From Ktedonobacteria bacterium (GTDB taxonomy: Bacteria; Chloroflexota; Ktedonobacteria; Ktedonobacterales; JACDGC01), in NCBI GenBank assembly GCA_027459785.1, contig DAIDGU010000042.1, forward strand, positions 51,463 through 115,462: a stretch of DNA of 64,000 bases, read 5' to 3'. Position 1 is the first letter of the stretch. Each line of letters opens with the position of its first letter. Below the pieces are notes generated by a model. The model had not been told where the DNA came from and ran no database searches. It saw nothing but the letters and a program-made list of their open reading frames with translations. Both the position numbers and the translations under genes were made by a program. Below, one piece after another: positions 10,512 to 18,539 of the stretch.

Positions 10512-10527
10512 AAGGTTCTTTTGCACC

Positions 10528-10855
10528 ATGCCTATCCCACCACTACAAATCAATGGGGTGCTTCCACCTGGCGCGCATCATGCGACCATTGCAGAAATAC
10601 TTATTGCATTTCCTGGTACAAGTCCTGAACGTCAGGAATTGAATCAGGCACTCCAAAAAGCAAGAGTTAAGCTTGCCCTTGCAGACATCAATGCCGAGTG
10701 CGCGGGGCGGGAGCAAGATGTCCTCAATGCTCGTAATGATCCTGCCGGGTTGGACCGGGCGCGCTGCTTTGTTCCGTATGTATCGCATACGGCAAGGGAT
10801 CATTGATGCTCTTGACGCCTATGAACACGCTCAGTTGCAGCAACAGGGCGCCTAA
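10528..10855 (+). pseudogene. Remnant of a DUF6932-like nucleotidyltransferase gene, probably fused to a fragment of a partner gene
   Basis: MPIPPLQINGVLPPGAHHATIAEILIAFPGTSPERQELNQAL resembles the DUF6932 N-terminus (MIP.F...G.LPPG.H..T..E....F....R..L). The catalytic GS/DxD region is absent and the segment is visibly AT-richer than its flanks. Confidence 0.5.
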
Positions 10856-10897
10856 CAGCAGGACAGCAAGCGCGATTCGGGCCTATCCCGCACTTAG

Positions 10898-13411
10898 TCA
10901 GGCGCATGGCAGGGTGAACCAGAAGGTCGATCCCGCGCCGACGGTGCTGGTCACGCCGATCTGCCCGTTATGGCGCGCGATGATCGTCGCGCAAATGTAC
11001 AAGCCCAGGCCCAAGCTGGCACCGGACCCGTGTTGCTGCGCGATGCCTGGCACGCGATAGAAGCGTTCCCACAGGCGCGCTTGTTGCTCCGACGACAGGC
11101 CGGGGCCGCGATCCGTCACCGCGACGCGCGCTTCACACCCCACCTGTGTCACAGCCACCGCGATAGGCCGATCAGCCGGCGCGTATTTCAGCGCGTTGGT
11201 CAGGAAGTTCGTCACCACCTGCCCGATGCGGTCGGCATCCGCCTGCACGGGCGCGGGAGTGGGGGGGAGAGCGAGCGTGATGATGCGGTCGGGGGCGGCC
11301 TCGCGTTGCTCTTCGACCGCCTCGCGTACCACCTGAACCAGATCATACGGAGTCAGCCGCAGCGCCAGGCTGCCGGCGTCGATGCGCGAGAGATCCAGCA
11401 GGTCGTGTACCAGGCGATCCATCCGCTGCACCTGGCGACCTGCGCGATCCAGCAAGGTTGCCAACTGGTCCAGTTGTGGGGCAACTGCCACCGCCGATTC
11501 GGGTGAAAGGGCTGGGCGCAGCCGGTTCAGGCGCATGGCCGCCAGTTGCACACTCATCTGAACCGCTGTCAACGGCGAGCGCAACTCGTGGCTGGCGATG
11601 CCCAGAAACTCGTCCATCTGCTTCTGCGTCGTAGCCAGAGCCAGCGTCTGGGCGCGGGCGCGCTCACGTTCCTGCAACAGCCGGTCGCGTTCCACCACCA
11701 GCGTCATCAAGTGCATCGCGCCCTGCGCCAGTTCGATATCTTCAGCGTTGAAACCAGCCTCGCCCTGCGCCTCAATCGTCAGCACGCACCAGGTCTCGGT
11801 GGTGAATACCGCTGGTATGATCAGCACGGTATGCAGATCAAAATAGTCCTGGCCGGGGATCGGCGGCTGGGCGGCAAGATCGACCTGCACCGTCTCGCCC
11901 GCTTGCAACCTGGCAATGATATCCGGCGTAGCGAAATCGCTGAGGTGCGCGCCCCTCAGGTTGCGCCACCAGCGCGCTTCGATCACCTCCGATAACCCCG
12001 CCACGGCCAGCGGATGCACCGCGTTCGTCAAGGTATCGATCTGAGTATAGCCAGTGTAGACGCCGCCGAAGACTTCCTGCACCAGTTCCACCACGCGCTG
12101 CACGCCGTCGTGGGAGGCAGCCTCGTCATCCGTGGCCGGCAGGGCGATCGTCTGCGCCATCGTCAGCAGCGCCCGCAGCGCCGCGCGTTCGCGCTGGGCC
12201 ATGCGGCGGCGTTCCGTCACGTCCAGGAACGCCGTCACCGCCCCCGTGATCGCGCCGTTTTCATCGCGCAAGGGCGCGCTATTGTTATTGATCAGGCGGC
12301 GCGTGCCATCCAGGGCTAGGATCTCCACTTCCTGGTCGCGCTCTGTCGCGTCGGTCAGGGCGCGGGTCAGCCCCAATTCATCCGCCGTCAGTGGTCGGCC
12401 ATCCATCTGCCAGCCAGCATGCTGCGCATACTCAGCGACGATACGCGCCTTGGGCAGATCGCCGGCGAAGATACGTCTCACTTCGGGATTGACGATCTGG
12501 ATTGCGCCCTGCGCGTCGGTGATGATCACGCCGGCGGGCAACACATCCAGCACGGCTTCCAGTCGGCGCTGCGCCGCTTCCGCCGCGTGTCGTGCCGCCT
12601 GCTCGCGCGCCAGCAGATCCGCGCGCTCGCGCTCCGCCCGTCGGCGCGCGGAGATATCGCGGATGAAGACCGACATGCCATCCGCCGTCGGATTCATGCG
12701 AATCTCGACCCATAAATCAATCGCGGGAAAATATTCTTCGATGGTCGCCGGCTGGCATTCTGCCATCACGTGCTGACAGGCATGCCAGATGTTGGTTTCG
12801 ATGAATTGGGGGTAGATGTCCCAGATATCACGGCCCAGCACCGCGTCTGCCGGTTGCTGCAACAAGTGTTCGCCCGCCGGATTCAGGTACGTGCAGTGCC
12901 AGTCGCGGTCGATGGTGAAAAAGGCGTCGGTCATGCTATCCAGCACGTCGGTCAGGCGTTCCGCCGCTGCCGACACGACCCCTTCCAGATGCTTGCGCGC
13001 TGAGAGATCTTCGACGACTGCGATGAAAAAATCCGGCGCACCCTCTGCCGTTCGCACCAGCGCCACGGTCAGGTTCACCCACACCAGCGCGCCGTCTTTG
13101 CGGATGTAGCGTTTTTCCAGGGAATAGGTCTCGATCTCGCCCGCCACTAGTTGGGCCAACAATTCCAGGTCGTTATCCAGATCAGGGGGATAGGTGATCT
13201 CTTGAAACGTCAACTCTTGCAATTCTTCGCGGCGATACCCGACGATCGCGCACAGCTTCTGGTTCACGCGCAGCCAACGACCTGTTGGGTCCACATGTGC
13301 CATGCCCACCGCGGCTTGCTCGAATGTCGCACGAAATTGCTCGGCCATGCGTGCCGCTTGCCGTGCGGTAGCCGAGACACGATGGTTAGGGGTGGACTTG
13401 CGCGAATTCAT
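10898..13411 (-). CDS. Multi-PAS-GAF sensor histidine kinase (orphan)
   Basis: PAS (FEQAAVGMA...EKRYIRKDG), two further PAS, GAF, H-box ASHELRSPL, NALKY and GLGLYI. ATG 13411 overlaps the upstream TGA. Confidence 0.92.
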   Translation of the reverse strand: MNSRKSTPNHRVSATARQAARMAEQFRATFEQAAVGMAHVDPTGRWLRVNQKLCAIVGYRREELQELTFQEITYPPDLDNDLELLAQLVAGEIETYSLEKRYIRKDGALVWVNLTVALVRTAEGAPDFFIAVVEDLSARKHLEGVVSAAAERLTDVLDSMTDAFFTIDRDWHCTYLNPAGEHLLQQPADAVLGRDIWDIYPQFIETNIWHACQHVMAECQPATIEEYFPAIDLWVEIRMNPTADGMSVFIRDISARRRAERERADLLAREQAARHAAEAAQRRLEAVLDVLPAGVIITDAQGAIQIVNPEVRRIFAGDLPKARIVAEYAQHAGWQMDGRPLTADELGLTRALTDATERDQEVEILALDGTRRLINNNSAPLRDENGAITGAVTAFLDVTERRRMAQRERAALRALLTMAQTIALPATDDEAASHDGVQRVVELVQEVFGGVYTGYTQIDTLTNAVHPLAVAGLSEVIEARWWRNLRGAHLSDFATPDIIARLQAGETVQVDLAAQPPIPGQDYFDLHTVLIIPAVFTTETWCVLTIEAQGEAGFNAEDIELAQGAMHLMTLVVERDRLLQERERARAQTLALATTQKQMDEFLGIASHELRSPLTAVQMSVQLAAMRLNRLRPALSPESAVAVAPQLDQLATLLDRAGRQVQRMDRLVHDLLDLSRIDAGSLALRLTPYDLVQVVREAVEEQREAAPDRIITLALPPTPAPVQADADRIGQVVTNFLTNALKYAPADRPIAVAVTQVGCEARVAVTDRGPGLSSEQQARLWERFYRVPGIAQQHGSGASLGLGLYICATIIARHNGQIGVTSTVGAGSTFWFTLPCA

Positions 13412-13665
13412 CAGAAATCTTCCTTGGTGGTAGCAGTATCCGTGACGTGCGCCGCGACCAGCGCTGGTTGCCGTGTTGGCTTGGGGCGCAAACGGCGCGC
13501 ATTCCACGCCGCGATATCCGCCGTGCGAATGAGCTTTGCACGCTTGTTCGCGGGATCGGGAACCCACGGCATCTCGCCCGCGCGCAGCATAGCGGCCATC
13601 TTGGTTTTGCTCACCCTCAGCAGCAGCCGCGCCGCGCTGGCAGTGACATACACATCTTCTTCCAT
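13411..13665 (-). CDS. Small helix-turn-helix protein, excisionase/MerR-like (HTH_17-like)
   Basis: MEEDVYVTASAARLLLRVSKTKMAAMLRAGEMP...KLIRTADIAAW fits the Xis-type pattern. RBS GAAAGGGAG upstream of ATG 13665. Confidence 0.7.
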   Translation of the reverse strand: MEEDVYVTASAARLLLRVSKTKMAAMLRAGEMPWVPDPANKRAKLIRTADIAAWNARRLRPKPTRQPALVAAHVTDTATTKEDF

Positions 13666-13799
13666 GCTTGTCTCCCTTTCCTGGCAGAGTATAGCAAATC
13701 GGACCATTTCGGTCAATAGTGGGTGATGTCACACAAGAGCCTTGGCCCAGTCGCAGGGCTGCCTGGCGAGTAACCCCCCCGCTGTAGCGGTTGTAGGTT

Positions 13800-13827
13800 G
13801 TATCGGTTATATGGTATCGGTTATATA
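13800..13827. promoter_or_regulatory. Direct repeat GTATCGGTTATAT x2 (14-bp period) in divergent intergenic region
   Basis: Seen directly. A regulatory role is inferred from its position between the HTH/kinase pair and the APH gene. Confidence 0.4.
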
Positions 13828-13935
13828 GTGTACGGGTGCGGAGGACCGCTCCCGCGAACCTCTCCTCGCACCCATGGTGTCGCCGGATCGGGCATCCTGG
13901 CCTTCCACGCTGAGCGTCCCGCTAGTCAGTCATCG

Positions 13936-13969
13936 CGCATGTATGTGAGGATCGCATGTATGTGAGGAT
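13936..13969 (+). repeat. Perfect 17-bp tandem duplication CGCATGTATGTGAGGAT x2
   Basis: Copies at 13936-13952 and 13953-13969, just upstream of the AAGGAG RBS. Confidence 0.9.
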
Positions 13970-13988
13970 CGGATAAGGAGCCACGCCG

Positions 13989-15026
13989 ATGCAGACACCA
14001 CCAAACATACCCGATGCAGATATGCGCGCCTGCTTGCAGGACCGCTATGGCCTCGCTGTCGGCACGCTGGAGTTTCTGCCGTTGGGGCTTGACACCAGAG
14101 CCGGGGTGTTTCGCGCGGTGAGCGCAGGGGGCGATAGTTATCTGATCAAAGTCAAGTCTGGCCCGTTTTATGAACTCAGTTGCCGTGTGCCGCGTTATTT
14201 GCGCGATCACGGCAGCGCCGCTGTGGTGGCACCCTTGCCGACCAGGGACAACGCTCTCTGGTGCAACCTTGGGGCGTGGACGCTGATGCTCTTTCCCTTC
14301 ATCGAAGGTGTCTGCGGCTGGGAACCTGACCTGACGGCGGCGCAGTGGCAGGATGTCGGGCGCGCTTGCAAGCAGATGCATCAGGTGCCGCTACCGGCGG
14401 CGGGCTACGCCGGGCTGCGCCAGGAGACCTTCGATCCCAGTGAATACAGCCGGTGGTTCCATACCTTGGCGAGCCAATACATCCCCCGCGTGAGCCAAAA
14501 TGACGATGAACAGCAGCAGACGTTGCGCGCGACATGGCTGGCGCACCAGGCGACGATCCAGGCGGCGCTCACATCCCTGGAAAAGCTGGCTGGCGTGCTG
14601 CGCACGCGAGCGCTCCCCCACGTCATCTGCCATGCCGATCTGCACCCCGGCAACCTGATCCGCGATCCCGCCGACCATGTGTTCATCGTTGATTGGGACG
14701 ATGTGATGCTGGCGCCGAAAGAGCGCGACTTCATCTTCGTCGGGGATGCGCCAGCCGCTGAGACAGCCGTTCCCGCGCCATTCTTCCAGGGCTACGCGCT
14801 GCCCGCAATCGACTGGTACGCGCTCACGTACTATCTCTGGGAACGGCTGGTGCAAGATGTCATTGAATGCGCCCGCAACGTCCTATTGCGCCCTGAACTG
14901 AGTGAAGTGACCAAGCATGAGGAAACCAGGATCTTTCAAAATATGTTCACCGCAGGCGGCATGGCCGCCATCCACGCTGCCGCCGCCCACCTCCCGGATG
15001 ATCTCCGTTTCTCTGAGGAATCCTGA
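13989..15026 (+). CDS. Aminoglycoside phosphotransferase, APH(9)/spectinomycin kinase-like
   Basis: Brenner motif CHADLHPGN, DWDDVMLAPKERD, YLIKVK and YYLWERLVQD resemble APH(9)-Ia. AAGGAG RBS. Confidence 0.85.
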   Translation: MQTPPNIPDADMRACLQDRYGLAVGTLEFLPLGLDTRAGVFRAVSAGGDSYLIKVKSGPFYELSCRVPRYLRDHGSAAVVAPLPTRDNALWCNLGAWTLMLFPFIEGVCGWEPDLTAAQWQDVGRACKQMHQVPLPAAGYAGLRQETFDPSEYSRWFHTLASQYIPRVSQNDDEQQQTLRATWLAHQATIQAALTSLEKLAGVLRTRALPHVICHADLHPGNLIRDPADHVFIVDWDDVMLAPKERDFIFVGDAPAAETAVPAPFFQGYALPAIDWYALTYYLWERLVQDVIECARNVLLRPELSEVTKHEETRIFQNMFTAGGMAAIHAAAAHLPDDLRFSEES

Positions 15027-15041
15027 TACCAGGCTGTCCCA

Positions 15042-15110
15042 TTGTGCGCCGCTCGCTGAAACGGTATAATCTCACTGGCTCTGTTGGCTTGCGTCGCTGC
15101 ATGGTATAAT
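15042..15110 (+). promoter_or_regulatory. Tandem sigma70-type promoters
   Basis: TTGTGC(15042)-17 bp-TATAAT(15065), and an extended -10 TGGTATAAT (15102-15110). Confidence 0.6.
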
Positions 15111-15154
15111 CCATGCTATGAATTGAGTGGCGAGAGAGCGATCCTTTTAGGGGG

Positions 15155-17773
15155 ATGATCATGGCTCAGGCACAACCGCGCACGCAAGTGGCACTCCTAG
15201 GCACCGTCGTGCTACTGCTGGATGACGAGGCGGAAGCGATTGGCACGCAATTGTTGCGGCTCTGTCAGACGCTCGATCCGCTGGCCCAGGCGCGGCTGCG
15301 CATCTTGCGGGTCAGCCGCAATCAGGGGCAATTGCAGGCGATGAGCTTTACCACGGAAGATCGCCAGTTGGTGGCTGTGGAAACGGCGCAACGTGCCGCC
15401 AACAGCTATCCCCCGCTGACCATGAGCGATCCCAATCTCACGCAGGTCGTCGGTCCCACTTCGACCCCGCGCGTGAGCTACGGTGTGGCGCAGCCTTTCG
15501 AGGTGGCGCTACGCGGTGCGCTGCAGGAGGCGTTGCGCAACGGCGGCACAGGACCGCTGGCCGAGCGCGGCTTCGCGCTGGTGCCGAACGAGATGGCCGT
15601 GCATATCGTCGGGCGCATCGATTCGCCCCTGCTGGCCGATGTCGCCTACAGCACTCATGACATTACGCGCACCGTCTCCGCCCAGTCGGATGCTCGCCGC
15701 TTCGCGCTGCTCGTCGCCGCATCCCCCGTCGGCGAGGTGGAACGTGCGGCCTCGCCCAGCATCCGCACCTCGCGCCCCACGTCCGTACCTCCCCCCGGCA
15801 CCACCACCTGGCAAGCCGAGGCCCAGCAACAGCCCTGGCGCGATCTGCTTTCCTGGGCGAATGGTGAGCCGCCGCTACTCTATACCTTTATGTTCGAGGC
15901 ATGGGACGAGGCCGGTCGGTTCCACGAGCGCGCCCAACTGCATTACGCCGTCGCCGAGGCGCTCTTTGCCCTGTTCGCCACCGGCATGCTGGATCAGCGT
16001 GAACTGCGCGAGGCGCTGGACCTTTCGACCGCCGCGCTGGAAGATCACCAGAGTTTGATGCGCATCGGCTCCATCGGCACCTCACTGATCACCTCGCCGA
16101 CGCAAGGCATGGTCGATTACCTGACCCATCGCCTGGCGGCGGAGATGTTGCTGCGGCGCGGCCTGCTGGGCGAAGAGGGCGGCATGCTCGCGCCGGAACT
16201 ACGCGCCGCCATCCCCGAACAGGCCCGCCAAGACGCCGAACGCTGGCTGACGGGAACGTGGCAGATGCGCCTGCTGCCGGACCTCTATCCGCTGCCCAAA
16301 CGCTTGCCGACTCGTGAGATGGCCGATGGTTCGCGTGGCACCTGGCACCCGTTGGCCCTGAGTACGGCCAGCCCCAACCATGAGCCGCTGACCTGGCGCT
16401 GGGAGCGCAGCCGCCTGCCACTGGACGAAGAGAATTTCTGGAACCTGGCGATGCAGCACGAGGTTGAAACGACCGCCGACGCGCAAACCTGGCAGCACCA
16501 GGCCGAGGCGGCTTATGACGCCGTCGGGCGCGAGATGCAGCAGCAACTTGATGCCGCAATCGCGGCGCGCACGCTGGAGCCAGAGGGCATCGAGCGCGCG
16601 ACGGTGTTCACCCAGACGGTGCGCCAATTGCTGGCCGACGAACGCGACCGCCTGGCGAAAGATGACGCCGAGCAGCAGCGTTACCTGGACGCGCACTATC
16701 GTCGCTTCGAGGAGCAGGTGCGGCGCACCCATCATAATAATGGCATCCCCACGCGCCAAAATCCCCCCGACCGCCCCGGCGTGCCGCTGTTGCCGCGCAA
16801 CCTGGAGGCGCTGACCCACGAGGTGCTGGATACGAAGGCGGATCGCGTCCCCATGCCGGTGACGTTGATCACGGTGGCGCTGGTGGTGATGCTGTTCGGC
16901 GCGGTCGCGGCGGCAGCGGTCCCCGCCATTCCCGGCTTCGCGCAGTGGCCGGCAATGCTGCACACGCTTTTCGCTGGCACAAACCACACCTGGTTTGGCG
17001 CGCTGGCGGGCCTGGTGCTGTTCGCGGTGGCCTCCGCTGGCGCGCTGGTGCGGCTGATCGCGCTGCGCCGCTGGCAACGCCGCTTCGCTGGCGAACGGCT
17101 GCTGCTGCGGCTGTCGGAGGCGAAGGCATGGGAGCGCGAACAACACCTGCGCGTCATCGACATGATCTTGCAAGACCTGGACCGCGAGCGCCAACACCTG
17201 AGCGTGTGGACGCAAGAGATCCGCGCCGAGGCCGACGAACTGGCGCAGCGCGCCGCGCGGTTGGCGGCGGATTACACGTCCGCCCCGACGCTCTCGCGCG
17301 ATGTTTTCGTTTCCCAGGGCGAGATCTGGGAGGGGACGAACCCCGACGCGCTCTATTTGCAGGTGCGCCAGCGCCAGCCGGAACCCAAGCTGGTGACGGG
17401 CTTCCTACAATATGTTGGCGCGCACGCGCAGGGCGTGCCAGAGGCGCTGGCCCAGCAACGCCTGGGCAACCTGGCGCTGGCCTATATGCACGACCACCTG
17501 CGCACGAACGGCGAAGATCCCTTCGCCATGTGGTCGCAGCAAACGGCGGAAGCGACGCTGGACCGCGCCGTGCAAGCGGCCCGCGCTGCCATGCAGCCGC
17601 ACGCCGCCGGGCGTCCCATCGGTCATTTCGCGGGGCTGATGGTTCACCCCGCCGTGCCGTGGCTGCCCAAAGCGGCGCACGAAGAACATATCGTCGTTTT
17701 GCCCGCACCAACCACGCGCTGGTGTTTCGTGGCACGTGTCCTCACACGCGCACGGCATCCCTTAGTAGGCTGA
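15155..17773 (+). CDS. Large membrane protein with a degenerate tubulin-like (Tubulin_2-type) N-terminal domain and coiled coil
   Basis: N-terminal Rossmann-like strand/helix pattern. Segment IGSIGTSLITSP...DYLTHRLAAEML resembles Tubulin_2 family 'SFG...I.FP...L..YLA.RLA'. Coiled-coil regions and 2 TM helices. No GGGTGSG. Confidence 0.5.
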   Translation: MIMAQAQPRTQVALLGTVVLLLDDEAEAIGTQLLRLCQTLDPLAQARLRILRVSRNQGQLQAMSFTTEDRQLVAVETAQRAANSYPPLTMSDPNLTQVVGPTSTPRVSYGVAQPFEVALRGALQEALRNGGTGPLAERGFALVPNEMAVHIVGRIDSPLLADVAYSTHDITRTVSAQSDARRFALLVAASPVGEVERAASPSIRTSRPTSVPPPGTTTWQAEAQQQPWRDLLSWANGEPPLLYTFMFEAWDEAGRFHERAQLHYAVAEALFALFATGMLDQRELREALDLSTAALEDHQSLMRIGSIGTSLITSPTQGMVDYLTHRLAAEMLLRRGLLGEEGGMLAPELRAAIPEQARQDAERWLTGTWQMRLLPDLYPLPKRLPTREMADGSRGTWHPLALSTASPNHEPLTWRWERSRLPLDEENFWNLAMQHEVETTADAQTWQHQAEAAYDAVGREMQQQLDAAIAARTLEPEGIERATVFTQTVRQLLADERDRLAKDDAEQQRYLDAHYRRFEEQVRRTHHNNGIPTRQNPPDRPGVPLLPRNLEALTHEVLDTKADRVPMPVTLITVALVVMLFGAVAAAAVPAIPGFAQWPAMLHTLFAGTNHTWFGALAGLVLFAVASAGALVRLIALRRWQRRFAGERLLLRLSEAKAWEREQHLRVIDMILQDLDRERQHLSVWTQEIRAEADELAQRAARLAADYTSAPTLSRDVFVSQGEIWEGTNPDALYLQVRQRQPEPKLVTGFLQYVGAHAQGVPEALAQQRLGNLALAYMHDHLRTNGEDPFAMWSQQTAEATLDRAVQAARAAMQPHAAGRPIGHFAGLMVHPAVPWLPKAAHEEHIVVLPAPTTRWCFVARVLTRARHPLVG

Positions 17774-17790
17774 GACCAACCCAAAACTCC

Positions 17791-17893
17791 AGTCCGCGCA
17801 GGCGGACTTCGTAGCGTAGCTCTTAGGCGCGCAAATTGGTTTCAATCAATATCGCCCGCGTCCCTGGCACGATTACAATCGCCCGCGTCCCTG
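17791..17893. repeat. Family B right-arm half element with duplicated terminus
   Basis: AGTCCGCGCAGGCGGACTTCGT...TTAGGCGCG...TTTCAA...CGCCCGCG. ATCGCCCGCGTCCCTG occurs at 17851 and 17878. Confidence 0.75.
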
Positions 17894-17936
17894 ACGCGCC
17901 ATGATGCTAGCAAACAAGAAGGCGAGGAGTAAAAAT

Positions 17937-18482
17937 ATGCATTTGCGAGGTGAACGCCGCCGCGCGGTGGCGCTGGCGAGCCTGGTCTCCTTCGCCGTCT
18001 ATGTGCTGGCGGTGGCGCTGGCCAGCCTGAATAACCTGCCGGTGGGGCAGAGTTTCGCGCGGCTGGTGGCACAGCCGGTGTGGCTGCAACTGGCGTTGCT
18101 CGCGCCGGTGTGGTTCGGCGTATGGCTTTTCGCGCTGGCTCAGCGCCAGATGATCGCGCAGGACGAGGGCGCGTATCGCGCGCTGCTGGCCGTCTCGCAT
18201 ACGCGCGGGATGGGCGGTCCCGGCCTGCTGCTGGGCGCGCTGGTGCTGCTGCTGGTCGCTGGTGGCTATCTGCTGAACGTGCTGACGCCCGCCGTGAGCA
18301 TCACGGGCCTGCTGGGCGCGCTGTATCTCATCGCGCTGGGGCTGCCCAACGCGCCGGCGGCGCACTACGACTTCCGCCCGCCCGCCACGCCCTACTATCC
18401 GCCAGATAACATGCCGGTAAACCAGGCACAGATGCTGCCGCCCGGCCCCGCACGCGGGCGCATCATCGACGCGAATCGCTGA
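17937..18482 (+). CDS. Hypothetical membrane protein (4 TM)
   Basis: GAGGAG RBS, four hydrophobic helices and a Pro-rich tail. Confidence 0.75.
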   Translation: MHLRGERRRAVALASLVSFAVYVLAVALASLNNLPVGQSFARLVAQPVWLQLALLAPVWFGVWLFALAQRQMIAQDEGAYRALLAVSHTRGMGGPGLLLGALVLLLVAGGYLLNVLTPAVSITGLLGALYLIALGLPNAPAAHYDFRPPATPYYPPDNMPVNQAQMLPPGPARGRIIDANR

Positions 18483-18539
18483 GCTTCGGCAGCTTTTCTC
18501 GCAAGGACTGTGTTCGGGTGGCAGGTGCATAGGTGCGTT

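Noticed and set aside
13412-13732. Extended 944-aa start for the third histidine kinase
   Set aside because: It overlaps the HTH gene, which has a good RBS, in another frame; the TGATG coupling supports ATG 13411.
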